Shown in pieces: positions 11,015-24,215 of a stretch of DNA of 64,000 nucleotides. The notes under the pieces were generated by a model. The model did no database searches, was not told the DNA's origin, and saw nothing but the letters and a program-made list of their open reading frames with translations. A program made the position numbers and the translations under genes. Within the stretch, counting starts at the first letter, position 1, and each line of letters starts with the position of its first letter. Source of the stretch: Callorhinchus milii (lineage: Eukaryota); contig NW_024704745.1 of assembly GCF_018977255.1 (NCBI RefSeq), positions 26,660,001 through 26,724,000 on the forward strand. The letters run 5' to 3'.

Positions 11015-13779
11015 TTTATACACATCTATCGCTACACTTTACAGCATCTGTCTTCTGATGCAGTATCTCACCCCAACCACCCTTTCCTGTTCCACCTTTT
11101 TTTCCTACAGTAGTATCAGATTGTGGTCTGCTTCTTTTGTTTTTACAATATATATTTTCTCCTTTTTTCCTATCATTGCCAAGTTTGGTCATATTTTTCA
11201 TATAATACACATGTATATATTGGAGAAATCTGTTATAGTAATCCACCTAGTACCCAACAACTTATTCAAATGCTAAAGGCTATAGTTTAAACTGGTGATT
11301 TTGGTTTAAGGATGTCTGGCAAGCACCGTAGTTACTGAGTGTACAGCTGTCGCCAAAATCATCAACAACTTCATAGCAGCTGCAGATAAATTTCAAGTTG
11401 TTGGATTGCAAGAGTATTTGTTTAACAGGACAGATGAGGCCAGAGTCATATGTAACCTTGTAACAGAGGCTTAGAGATGGGTAAGGACAACTTTGAGGAA
11501 GGGCATGAGTTCAAGTAGAGAGTTAAACAGCAGCTTACCCAGGTATTGATAGTTTTAGCGGAAGCAGTTATAATATAAGTGTAGCACTAGAGAATGTATT
11601 AAGAACTACAACAGCTTGGTCTAATTAAAATCTTTTTCTCCCCAAAGTATAATTGTAGTTAGGCCAGAGGGTTACACAGTGTTTGTTCCAAAGCAACATT
11701 TTGACAGGTTTTGAATTTTATAGTGCAATAATAGTTCTTTTCAACAATGTTCCAATTGACAAGTAAAATATACACCAAACTACTTGGGTTAAAACAGATT
11801 AATGTTTTAAGTTGATTGATTGACATGGATTTTGTTTCCGTTTCACAGAAGCCAAGTTTTATGAGATGTAATTATGAGCTATAAACGTCAGGGGAAAGGG
11901 AATGAGCTGCGAAAATGTGAATTCTTCTGAAGGTAACCGGGGTAATAAACAGCGATGTGTGATTCAGACATTTTTCACATGAGAGATGGTGGTGCTGCGT
12001 TTTAAACCTCTCTGTGTCCTAATTCTCCATTCTCACACATTTACACCATAAAACCAAAATGATGCCTAAAGCAATTATTTTCTTTGTTTTTTGGTAATAA
12101 ATAGCAAATAAATGTGATTACTTCATACTCTAGGCTCAAGTTCTTAACTGCAACAGTTAAATTCAAGCATGAAATGAATTTTCTCAAGACAGATATAAGT
12201 AGGATTCTATCTAGGGACTCTAATTATCACCTTGTCAAATTCAAATTATAATCTAGCAAGTTAATTTCCATAATACACCCCCATTCCCACTATATGATTT
12301 AACATACGTCTGCTTTTTTCTGTATCTCATTTGTATCTATCTACAGTCTCTAATCTTTCAGGGCTTTGGTAGTGCTTGACAGACCCTGATGCATTCCATT
12401 GCTGCCCTGTCACACAGATTGTAACAAACACTCTATTTCAGTAAGCGATGAACCTGTAAAATATGAGGAAGAGTTGGCACAAATGACCAATCTGCTTCTA
12501 TAAATCAAGCTTAGAAACTTCAAGCATTTCTAAATAGGATCAAATAAAGTAGAATCAAAGAACAGGGTAGGGTGATTTAATGAAGTGGATCCTCCAAACA
12601 GTCAATCCTGTTGGTTAAATCATTCTAAAACTATGAAAGTCTGCACTGATTCAGAAGATTACTGAAAGATAGATAGTCCAAACTGGATTGTATCATTTCA
12701 GACAAGAAGAAAATATCTGAAATGTTCAGGCAAATATTTTAATATAAACCTGTTAGAAGGTAATACATCAGAATACCAGAGCAGGTGAGGGACAGTTACT
12801 GAATCGTCAGATGTGTATGTAGCTGGACACGGGAAGAGACTTTACTTGTCTATTCATCCATACCTCAGAAAATGCAATCAAACAGATGTGCTGAAGACTC
12901 CCTGCTCAGTGTGGTTTCAAGAACACAAAGGGCAAACTTAATCTGCCTGTTTACATATGAAACATTGAATGCCCTTTCACAGCGGAGGAAGCACATGCTC
13001 CATTGACACAATCTGTTCATTGTTGGGAGAATGCACTAAGAGTGCAGAGATAAAGTGAAATTTGGTTGCAGATAGTATTTCTGAAATTTACACCTAGTTC
13101 TAAATTTAAAAGCCAGAGTGATCATTTCTCCACAAGCTTCTTTTGTGCGGATATATATTCTGGAGGCAGGAGTTGATGAACCCTAAAGAGGATCTTTTGA
13201 AGTTACGCAGCTTTATTTCTTTGTATTAGGATGATGCATTTTTTTAGAAAAATTGCGGACAAGTATATTTATTTACTGCTGTCTTTTGTGCTTATATCTT
13301 TTACAGCTTTTTTGTTGCCTGGAATTTTGCTTCAGAAAAGCATCTAGTCATCTCTCACATCTGTTGTTCCTTTGTGAGTAGACATGTGGATAGCACATTT
13401 CATGAAGTAAGAAAGACAGACGGAAAGGTCATTTAACCCTCACTCCACCCAACACCACAAGTACCAGCTTCCCAGTGGAATATCCCACCCATTTTTATGG
13501 GGACTCGTTGACAAATACTGAAATGTAATCAATATTCTAGTTAATGGATCAGTGATAAGAAGGGCTAGACTAGGATCTGTAAATATAGCATTGTAAAGCA
13601 GGTGCCTTATCTGGGATCTTAACTACTTAAATTATATTGATATATTGTTCATGATTTTGTTGTTTCCATTTAAACACCTATTACATAAGCAATTCTACGT
13701 AGACCCTCAGATTGAAATAGGAACATTGAAATAGAAATCAGCCTAATTATTGATTCATTTATCAATTTTATCGGATTAC

Positions 13780-13965
13780 TAAAGATTTTTTAAATCCAAT
13801 TTCCCCATCTCTTCTTCATATCCTTTCATATCTTTACTTCCCAAGAATCAACTTAGCTGCCTTTTAAATGTTCCAATTGATTCCACATCTACAGTCTTCT
13901 GTAATGTGTCTTCCACATTTTAGCAACGATCCATTGAAAAGAAAATTGCTTTTGATCTCATATTC
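13780..13965 (-). mobile_element. Degenerate CR1 3' fragment
   Basis: TTCCCCATCTC...ATATCCTTT...ATCAACTTAGCTGCCTTTTAAATGTTCC...TTCCACATTTTAGCAAC, a decayed version of the CR1 at 17091. Confidence 0.5.
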
Positions 13966-14132
13966 AATCAATCTTGAACTGTTGTTATAAGATGTGTGGT
14001 CAATAATAAAAACACTTACATTTTTAAATATCACATTATCAAAATGCCTCAAAGCACATCATAATAAAATATGATTGTATTTGTAGGACTGTGGTGGCCA
14101 ACTTTTATGGTTGGACAACAAAATATATTTTC

Positions 14133-14411
14133 TAATATAATAACCTTGCATTTAATACAGCGTCTTATCACGTCATTGACACGTCTCAAAGCTTCACGGG
14201 ATATACTGCAAAGTGGAGTGACTGTGTGTTGTGGGTGAAACACGGCTGCCAATTGCTCACAGTAATATCCCATAACAGTCGTGGATTGAGTGACCAAATT
14301 ATTATTTTGTTTGAAGGGATTATTATCCAAGGAAAAGCTATCTGCCATTCGGCTAACAACTCGGTCGTCTCACTTGTGAGGTGAGTGCGCTTACTACTAC
14401 CCTATGGGACT
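14133..14411 (-). mobile_element. tRNA-headed Deu-SINE (long variant, internal deletion)
   Basis: TAATAACCTTGCATTTAATACAGCGTCTTATCACG tail, Deu core and partial head on minus strand. Confidence 0.85.
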
Positions 14412-14689
14412 GCAGGATGTTTTGCCATCCCTTTCCTCAACTCCACATCTCTAGGTGACAATGATTCAGAAATGGGCTAAAAAGCGGCTCAGAGCAGTGA
14501 TGAAATGGGGGGAATCTTTTAGCATTTGATAGTCAGACAGGGCTGCATAATGAAAATAAATCTACATAGTGCCGGAGAGTGGTGTGGGTGGGAGGAGGGG
14601 TTGATTGAATATCTTGATTGAATATTTCTTGAATCATGCCATAAATCCGACCCACAGTGCACAGGTTAGCCAGCACTGTTGTAGAACAC

Positions 14690-14998
14690 AGCAATCAGTT
14701 TGTGCACAGCAATGTCAAACAGTCATGAAATCAAAGTCCAATTTAATTTGGGGATGTGTTGGCCGGGACTAGGAGAAACTCCCTTCTTATTTTGAATAGT
14801 GCCATGGAATAATGTCCACCTGAATAGGCAGTTAGGACCTCGATTTAACACTCAGGTGAAGGATGGCACCTCTGACAATACAACACATTCTGACCACTGA
14901 ATTGAAATATTAGCTGACACGATGAGCTAAAAGACTGAACCTCGGGCTTGAACCACAATCTTTTAACTCTAGAGACCGCTTCCAATTGATCCAGGCTA
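14690..14998 (-). mobile_element. Old SacSINE1-like Deu-SINE
   Basis: TTGGCCGGGACTAGGAGAAACTCCCTTCTTATTTTGAATAGTGCCATGG...GGATGGCACCTCTGACAAT...GGGCTTGAACCACAATCTT. Confidence 0.75.
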
Positions 14999-17090
14999 AC
15001 ACAGAACTATGAGCATTGCCAAACAGTCTGCATTATGAGAGCTGGTTTCATTCTGGAACAGCAGTGGATTGGCCTCTGAGTGTATTGTGAAAGTAATAGT
15101 GCTGATTGCATGTCAGGAGGGTTTTCTGCCTTCACAAAATGTAAGGTTATTGCTCTGTGTAGAATGTTGTTGCCCCACACAATAAACCAACAAAATAAAA
15201 TAAAACCTGACCGTTCGTCCAACCCCCCCCAACCACCCACTCTACTAACTTTTGTTACACACAGTTAATTTGTGTGATGATACCTGAACCACTGTGACTT
15301 GTAAATTCGACAATGCCAAGTCTGTAATAGAATGGATAACACAAATATTTTCCTCCCATCACTCATCCAATTTAATCACTCCCAGTCTGCCTGTTTAACT
15401 GAAATTGACCAATTCTGGCTTGTGACAAGGGGCAATATTATGTAGAAAGACCTTAGACGCCAAAGTACAGGAGCTATGCTTTCTAAACAGATTTATTGCC
15501 ACAACCCATATCATCCCACAAAATAGAGATCAAGCAGATTTCAAACTTCCGTAGGGAATTTAAACTCGTCAGTGTAATTTGTGGAACCATGTTACACAAA
15601 AGTTGCTTTCCTTTCCAGAAAACAACTGACATTGCGCATAAAATATCTGGAATTGTATTCCATTCAATTTTCTTTTTTTGCCTAATTCTGCATGATGTTT
15701 TTTCGTCTCATTCTGAACAAAGTCTAATGGATGGGGTCTGATTTGCAGCAATTGTAATGGGAGCTATTCATGTAGACTGAATCATAAATTGTGAATCCAT
15801 CCAATAATGAGTTTATGTAGTGGGTCACCCAGATCGGAAGTAGTTTGAGGAGTCTCTGCAAGTCATCGTGAGGTTCATCTGGTTACTGACTGAATTCCCT
15901 ATTTATCACTCAGAGTCTATTAATGCACTAAAATTATAAACCCTGAAAATTAAACCCAGATATTTGATTGTTTTAAATTCTATTTTTCCCTCTTCTGACC
16001 TTCTCAATCCATTTAAATGCATTTCCCCATGCTTTGCTAAATTTACAGTGTTAAGTGAACCTGGTAGCTTCCGAAGCAAGTAAACCTCAGCAAGTAACAA
16101 AGCGCATGCGTGGTTAGGTTCAGGTATTTTGAAATAAATACGATGAAAGGCATGACAATTTAAGAATTTGACTAAGATCCTTCTGGCCTTTAAATTGTGT
16201 GATTTGCAAAACAAGCCATTAGTAATCTTAAATCTCTCAAAAGCATTAACAGTGAGTGATAATCCCTAAAGAATGGCCAGAATGAACTCTGTGTGTGATG
16301 AAAGACATTTTCAATATTAAAAATGTGCACTGCTTGACTTTCCAACACCTGTCAAAATGAGTACTTGTAAATTTCTGATCAGGCATGTTATACCATGAAA
16401 TTAAAGAAATGTATAGAGAGAGCACAGCATGCTCTTAAATTCAGTATTATGGGATTAAGCACATTTTTTTGAGTATGTGTTTTGAGAAGCTATATGGTTT
16501 TAAGTTTTAAAATTTTGGCCTTACACAATACATGTCGAAAACTGTATTGGAATAGAGAGGAGCTCAGTGCAGTGAAGTGTATATTTAATGAGTATGCTGC
16601 ACAGATAACAATGCATGATTGATAATAAAGCAATTGCCTATTGGTAATATTGATAACTTTTCAAAAAAGATGTTGAACTATTTATTTAGGAATGGAATTG
16701 GATATTATTGTGATAACAATAGACAAAAATGATTATAATCCCTTGGAAAATTGTGTTGCTCAGACAAAGTAAATGTCATTTATTAAAAGCCACCAGCTTG
16801 CATTTAATATAGGAAATGAAATAGCAGATGGCTTTCCTGGAGATTTGCTTGATTACCTTTTATGGCGCAGGGAGATATTTTGTAGATCTTTACTCATGAT
16901 GAGATTGAATTGAGTCTGTAATACTTGGTTGGAAAAAGTACTGATATAAACTCAAATAACTAAAAATCAGACTGGTCAGGTTCCTTGGCATCACATATCC
17001 AACTCCAGTCAGTTCAGTTGTCCTGACTTTATTTGTAATAAATATCACTTGCTGTGTTCCAAGAGTTTGTGTATCTTGGGTAAGTGTGAC

Positions 17091-18303
17091 ATCATAGAAT
17101 CATAGAGCACAGAAAGAGGCCATTCAGCTCATCGTGTCTGTGCCGGCTCTTTGAAAACCAATCCCACTCCCCGATCTCTCCCCGTAACCTTGCAAAGTTG
17201 TCCTCCCCAAATAATTATCTACTTCTCTCTTAAAAGTTGTTATCGAATCAGCTTCCACCAGCCTTTCAGGCAATGCATTCCAGATCCAAACAACTCACTG
17301 TGTGAAAAAATTTCTTCTCACCTCCCCTCTGTTTCTTTTAACAACTATTTTAAATCAGTGTCTTCGAGTTACCAACCCACCGCCAGTGGAAATAGTTACT
17401 CCTTGTTTACCCTATCGAATCCCCTCATCATTTTGAAAACTTCTATTAAGTCTTATCTTAACCTGCTCTGCTCCAAGGAGAATAATCCTAGCTTTTCCAG
17501 CCTCTCCTGATAACTGAAGGCCCTCATTATTCCTGGTACCATCCTGGTAAATCTCCTTTGCACCCTCTCCAATACCTTGACATCCTTCCTAAAGTGTGGT
17601 GCCCAGAACAGAACACAGTTCTCTAGCTGAGGGCTAACCAGTGTTTTATAAAGATTCATTATAACTTCCTGACTTTTGTATTCTATGCCCCTATTTATAA
17701 AGTTTAGTATCCCGTATTTTTTTTAAATAGGTTTATTTACCTGTCCTGTCACTTTCAAAGATTTACTTAAACGAAGCCCCAGGTCTCTCTGTTCCTTCAC
17801 TCCCTTTAAGATTGTACATTTAGCTTACATTGCCTCTTCTCATTCTTCCTCCCAAAATGCATCACTTGGCATTACTCCATATTAAACTTCATCTGCCATG
17901 TGTCTCCCCATTTTACCAATCTGTCTATGTCCTCTTGCAGTCTGCTACAATCCTCCTCAATGTTTTTACTGCTTTTCCTAGCTTATTATCATCTTCAAAC
18001 TTGGAAATTGTGCTCCCTACACCCAAGTCAAGTTCATTTATATGGATAAAAAAGAGCAGAGGTCCCAAAACCGATCCCTGGGGGCCACACTGCACATTTC
18101 CCTCCAGTCAGAAAAACACCACCACTCTCTGATTTCTGTCTCCCAGCCAGTTCTGTATGCATGTTGTCACTGTCCCTTTAATACCATGGGCTTCTGTTTT
18201 CCTTACAAGTCTCTTATGTGGCATTTTATCTAATGCCTTTTGAAAATCCATATAAAATACATCAATTGCACTACCTTCATCCACCCTCTCCATTACTTCA
18301 TCT
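17091..18303 (-). mobile_element. CR1-clade LINE (shark HER1-like), 5'-truncated, RT C-terminal region plus 3' UTR and (ATTCTATG) tail
   Basis: DVFYMDFQKALDKMPHKRLVRK; NLYKTLVSPQLENCVLFWAPHFRKDVKVLERVQRRFTRMVPG; tail ATCATAGAATCATAG on plus strand; frameshifted. Confidence 0.93.
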
Positions 18304-18462
18304 TTCTATCTTGTCCCTAGTTTAATACAAACATGGTAGTTGATGGGTGAGTGACTGCCTACTGGAACACATTGAGTAGTTTAAAATAGTTTTATTTTAA
18401 GAGGTACCTCAAATACGGGAAATCTAAAATTAAAACAAAACATTTTGAAAATCCCCCCAAAA

Positions 18463-18790
18463 ATGATAATACTTGCATTTGATTTCGCACGTTATCACAC
18501 TTGTTGAGACATCTAAAAGCACTTCACACAATATACTGTAAAGTGAACTGACTGTATAATTCTGTGTGTTAAATGCGGCAGCCAATTGCTCACAAATAGT
18601 CGTGGTGTCAGTGACCAAATTGTTTTTTGAGTGTTTATTATCCCCAGAAAACAATCCGCCAATTGATTAACAACCGGGTTTCTACTTACTGCTAAATAAA
18701 CAGAAGCGTGCAGAGTAAGGAAACTTGCCTAAGGTTTCACCCTGTCCAGGAATCAAACCTTGGTCCTCTTGTTTATGAAGTGAGTGCTTT
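18463..18790 (-). mobile_element. tRNA-headed Deu-SINE (long variant, diverged)
   Basis: Tail, Deu core and GAGTAAGGAAACTTGCC..GGTTTCACCCTG..GGAATCAAACC head portion. Confidence 0.85.
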
Positions 18791-20234
18791 GGGGGAGGGG
18801 TGACTGGTTCCAAGTAGCAATGCAGTCTCTGTATTTAATCATTTATTACTTTCTTATTCCATGTTTTGTTGAGATGTTTCAAAGTCTAATTCCCAGTGCT
18901 TATTTAGTTAGCTAAGAAACTGTGCTTCCTCCATGGCAACATTGGTAAACTAATTAATCAGCACGTGATCCTTACTGGTGTAAAGTGGAGTATTTTCTAG
19001 CTGTGGAGTGGTGGACAAAACCATTGTCTTAACGGTCCAAGTAAGCTGTAGTAACGGCCTGTAATATTGCGGATTGGGCGTTATTTTCATGAATATTAAC
19101 AGGAAGAAATGAATCATGTTTTAAAATTATTCAATATCCCCTTTCTTCCCTTGATTTCTTTTCTCTACATTGTTTGAGGGTAGGTGGACCTGTTTCAGCA
19201 CTCTTTATGTGGTACTGGGAAATTCATCTCACTTGCTCCTTATGACATTTCTGATTTTCTCACCTTCGCTGTGGTACTGAGCTCAGAAGCTCACTGGGAG
19301 GGTGAGGAGGAGGAGAAATTGCACTTCCAACCTACGCCTGACCATTTTGTGCCTCACTGGGTTGGAACCCCATTTGACAACACCAAAATGTCCTTGGGCT
19401 CAGACACATATAGCTTATGAATTTTATAAACTTAACATTGATTTTAATTGAGATGTTCTTGATAGCTATAATTCCATCAGGCAAAATGGGATAAATTACA
19501 TAAAACTCCACAATGATAATGGAATAGGTTTAATTTTAAATTAGCATTTGTTATCGAGTATTGCAATGAGATTTGAAACTCGGGGAAGAAATTTAATTTA
19601 GTTATACTGATGACTGGCTTTAGAGTAATATGAAAAGCATGAGGTTAAAAGATCATGCATAAGGGAAATTAGGGATATTATAATCTGTTAACCAAAGATA
19701 AATGTTAAATACAAATTTGCCTTTTGTATTTAGTTCTTTGAACATTCCAATTTTCTAGTTGTGACCAAATCACTGTCAATGATTTAAAATTATGTGTTTT
19801 TGTTTTTTTATATATACACAAGGTTAAGGTAGAGCGAGTTTTAATAATTAAAAAAATTATTTCCTAAATTATCCTCCTCTTCCTGGAGCTAGAGTATTAC
19901 ATTATGGAATCATATCTATTCCACACATAATTTCACAAGACACAAGAGGATTTCTCACCGAGCCTCTCCATGTCCCAGACAACTCCCAACGCAACAAATG
20001 TTTGGTAAAGAAAGTGTATTTTTATTTGCATAATTTACTCACGATAAAGGAAGCCTCTTGGTTTACATTCGAAGTTTTAGAATGAATAATGAGCTAATAC
20101 AATTTAATACAACTCTTAGTAAATTAGAGGAATATTGAAGGACTCTGTAAGCAAAGCTGGACTTTTATTTTAGCCTTATAAAATTGTTCTTGAAAATAGT
20201 AAAATGAACAAGCCTCAAGCACAAATTGAAATTG

Positions 20235-20420
20235 GACAGAACTATTTTCCCCACAGAGTGGTGCATATGTGGAATAGCAATTAATATTCTCTCAATTAAC
20301 ACTTTTGAAAAAGAGCTGTAGGAATATTTGAGTTGAATTAAAGCGGCTGTTTATACAGATATATAAAGGTAGATATGGTTGAATGTTTTTGTGAATTATG
20401 GATGACTCCTAAGCTGTTGG
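20235..20420 (+). mobile_element. Degenerate CR1 3' end
   Basis: GAACTATTTTCCCCACAGAGTGGTGCATATGTGGAATAG (F.HRVVHMWN motif). Confidence 0.5.
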
Positions 20421-20461
20421 AAATGTCATGTCAAGGAATATTATTGATGTTGGATGAAAGG

Positions 20462-20566
20462 TTTTCTGGGTATAAAAACAGAAGTCATTGGGAATACTCA
20501 GCAGGTCCAGCACCATCTATGGAGAGGAGAGTGAGTCCATGTTTCAGGTCAATGACTTTTCGCCAC
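20462..20566 (-). mobile_element. Penelope-like element repeat relic with degenerate hammerhead stem II
   Basis: Plus strand AAACAGAAGTCATTGGGAATACTCAGCAGGTCCAGCACCATCTATGGAGAGGAGA...GTTTCAGGTCAATGACTTTTCG resembles a recalled chondrichthyan Penelope-associated repeat. Confidence 0.55.
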
Positions 20567-21384
20567 CCACCTCCACCACCCTACTTGGCAGGGCATTCCA
20601 TTTTAAAGATAACTGATGCAGGATGTACAAAACTTTACTGCAGTCCAGTGGGAGGAGGGTGCTCTTCACATAATGAGTTTAAATCATTGTCATCTGAGTT
20701 ACGCTGATCACTGGCTTTGTGAAGAAAATCACTAAGTTTAGTGATCATTGTAGATTAGGCCACAATAATCGGAGGAGACTTAATGAAAACTTAACATCTG
20801 GCAATGCTGCAGTCTAACCTGGAAGTACTTGATGTTAAGAATGAGTTAAAAGAAGCAGATTACTCATTTTGATAATTACAAAACTCACCAAACATACTCT
20901 TATTATGCATGTAAGTTATACCAAATTGTTTGTTAAGTAAGGAAGTTACATTGTTCAATTTTCACTGAAATACTGTTGTCTCCGTTTCTTTTGTGTTCTT
21001 TGCACTTTGGTGATGTTCACAATTATTTAAATCTGAATCACTGCTCGCCTTCACAGCTACAAACAGTAGTGCCACACCTTGAGTCAGATAAATGTGTCCC
21101 ACTTCATTGCAAAGCAAAGACAGATGTCAGCTCCCTCCCGAGGTGGGATACATCTCTAATATAAAAGTTGACTGAGAAAGGATAAGAAACCTGACATGGG
21201 AGGAATTTGTAACGTTAATCAATGCTGGAATCAGAAGCCTCTCCTATGAAGCAAGTGTTTTAACTGCTGCATGACTGGGCTGCTAACTGTGCTTTTAATT
21301 AGGCCTATAACAACAACAACAAGATTACATTTGTATAAGGAAGGCATTCAATGATACCCAGGGTTCTTACCCTTATGGGGTAGC

Positions 21385-21687
21385 TGGAGTCCTGTAGCTC
21401 AGTGGTTAGAGCACTCGCTTTGCAAGCGAGAGACCTGAGTTCAATTCCAGGCAGGGCGAAACCTTGGGCAAGTTTCCTTACTCCACACACCTAATAATAA
21501 TCCCTCCAAAAACCAAAAACAATAATAAATTGGTAATTTTCAATCCACGACTGTTTGTGCGACATTGCTGTGCGCAATTGGCTGCCGCGTTCGCCCACAA
21601 ATATACAGTCAATTCACTTTACAGTATATTCTGTGAAGCGCTTTGGGACGTCCTCCCGACGTGAAAAACGCTATATCAAATGCAAGG

Positions 21688-21718
<31 letters not shown>
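21385..21718 (+). mobile_element. Full-length tRNA-Ala-headed Deu-SINE (short variant), long (TTA)n tail
   Basis: Very similar to the 7688 copy; anticodon arm CTCGC-TTTGCAA-GCGAG; about 10 TTA/TAT units. Confidence 0.95.
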
Positions 21719-21719
<1 letters not shown>

Positions 21720-22043
21720 TGTCCGGTCTTTGGTATTTTTGTCTATGACTGAGGCTAATAACCTGTAGTATAAAACCTTCCCCTAATAATACCCAACCAG
21801 CATTGATTTAAAAAATCTTCCACTCACTGACAAACAACAACACTTAAGGTAACATTTCAAAGATTTCTGGATTTAAATGTGTGTCCTTTCCTCTTGCTGG
21901 CCTCCTGCTTGTTATTGCTTCTCAATCTCAACAGTTAGCAAATTCACAAAGAAACCCTTTGGAACATCAAAGGCTAAGCCCGCTACTCACTGGAGCTGGA
22001 CTGTCCTGTTGCATCTTTTAAGAAATCCTCTAGATTTCCTTTA

Positions 22044-22318
22044 ACAACAATACAACAACAACAACAACAAGATTCCATTTATAGAGCGCCTTTCACGTCA
22101 GGAGGACGTCCCAAGGCGCTCCACAGTTGGGTCATGACCCGAGCAGGGGGGAAATGGTCAGGGTGAGGGGAGGGAAGGGAGGGAGAGAGGAGGGGGGAAA
22201 TGGTCAGGGTGAGGGGAGGGAAGGGAGGGAGCGAGGAGGAGGAAGAGAGTCGAGAGGGGAGCTGAAGGCACGGTCAAAGAGAAAGGTTTTGAGAGGTTTT
22301 GAAAGGTTTTGAAAGGTT
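22044..22318 (-). mobile_element. L2 3' end with polypurine 3' UTR carrying a ~46-bp tandem duplication
   Basis: (CAA)n tail, AGCGCCTTTCACGTCAGGAGGACGTCCCAAGGCGCT stem-loop, GGGGGAAATGGTCAGGGTGAGGGGAGGGAAGGGAGGGAG twice. Confidence 0.85.
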
Positions 22319-23169
22319 ACAATAGAGTAACAGGCAAGTCAAGAAACTTGTGTTATCCTTTTCTGTGAGCTACTCATTTACTTTTGCAAATCTTATTAAC
22401 CAGTGAATCGCTTGGCAATCCAATCAACAGTAGCTGTACAAAAAATAGGATTGGGAAGCTAATGCCATCCATTTGCAAACCTCAATACATTCCATTACCA
22501 CGTGTGACACCGCGATGATAGAAATTATACAAGGGGGCCGGAAATGTAATATTTTTGCAACTCAGATTTCTATAGGATTTATAACTATTGAGCTTTGTCA
22601 GTAGATGGATGTGTATCACACTGGCTCAGGGAAACTTCATGACCATAAATATATCACTTCAAAGCAAATTGACCCTGGATCAGTCTCACCTACTTCCAAC
22701 TAACAAGAGGTTTCAATATTTACGGATATTCTGATTTTTAACCTAATTGTCTTCCAGTTCTTCATATGAGGAAAAATTAATATTGCCAAATAAATTTGAT
22801 GATTAGAGTAGCACTAGAGTAAGAGATCATTACACAAATGCTGTGAGAGCTCCATTGTAGATTCCCCAAAATGGGAGTCCTCTCTTTCATGACATCAGGT
22901 TTTCAATCAGATCACTTGGAAATAAACACCCATGAACAACTATGGTCGAAAGATTTGATACTACAAATTTGTAGCTCATTTACAAATGCATAATCGCTAC
23001 ACTTTACAGTAAGTCCTAACACAAACATTAAAACATTTCAATAACATGATTAGGTGCTATTATCAAACGCAATGATTTTCTTTACTACTGATTGAAACCT
23101 TGATACATATTTCTTACACCTTTTCTAACACAAGAAAAACGCTGAAGTGCTTCTGCAACAAATTAACAT

Positions 23170-23335
23170 AATTGGTCATTCACGCTCAGGCTTTTTGTGG
23201 AACATTGCTGTCAGCAAATTGGCTGGACATTCACCTCAAATACACAACAACTACATTTTACAAGTAAAATGGAAAGCGATTGAGACATTTTGTCATGATG
23301 ATGTACTATATTGAATGGAAAAATCATTATTATAA
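23170..23335 (+). mobile_element. Old Deu-SINE 3' half
   Basis: AATTGGTCATTCACGCTCAGGCTTTTTGTGGAACATTGCTGTCAGCAAATTGGCTG plus decayed tail. Confidence 0.65.
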
Positions 23336-23829
23336 TTTATTTAAGGAATATGTATGGAACATGTGAAAGGGATATGCATAAATAAATTACAATTTAGCAA
23401 CATAGAGCCTAATAAATATCAACCTATAGTCTCAGTTTATTAGGTGGTTTAATGTCGCAACTGCTACATTTTGTTAAGTACCAGTTTTATACAACAAGTC
23501 GGAGCATTTGAATATTCTCATCAATATATTTTAATAAAACGAATAACAGAGGAAAACCTTACAGGTGCTATTCATATTACTTTTATAGGATCATTTATTG
23601 CACAATTTAATTGCCAATAGCTGCTCACTGTTGCTTAGTGGGAATGTGTTGATTTTAGAATGTAACTTCATCAACAGAAGAATCAAATCTGTTTATTGTT
23701 GCTAATGTTGTGCATATCAGCAGCATAATGTATTGGTGCGATATTTCTGAAGATTAATTTGATGAACCAGAGGATTATGCCTTCATGATGGGTGAGATTT
23801 TGTGCAGCTACGTTAGTGTATGTAGGAGC

Positions 23830-24215
23830 CAGTGATTTAGTTCACAGCACTCTCCCCTCTTGGTCACAAAGATTGTGCTTTCAATCCACCTGTAGGGTCT
23901 TGATCTTATGTTCCAAGATGATCTGGCACTCCAGTGCAGTGCAGTGGGAGCTCAACATTGTCAGAAGTGGTGCCTTTCGGCAACAATTTTTAACTGACAA
24001 GTCAGGTCATGTCTGGGTATTCTCAATTGAAAATCACACTAAACAATATTCACAGTGTCCTGACTGACAACCATATTATTTCACTTTGTGGCTATTTTTG
24101 GCACCCTGTTATTCTCAAATTGACTGTCATATTTGCCCACAAGTGTGCTTACAGCCACTTGAGTTCACAGTTCTTTGAGACACTTCAATGTTATAAGCAC
24201 AAATGCAACTAATAT
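23830..24215 (+). mobile_element. Old SacSINE1-like element
   Basis: AGCACTCTCCCCTCTTGGTCACAAAGATTGTG...GGCACTCCAGTGCAGTGCAGTGGGAGCTCAACATTGTCAGAAGTGGTGCCTTTCGG. Confidence 0.65.

Noticed and set aside
11849-12440. Plus-strand exon-like segments (~11849-11931 and ~12361-12440) with AG/GT borders
   Set aside because: Stop codons in all three frames and no other support.
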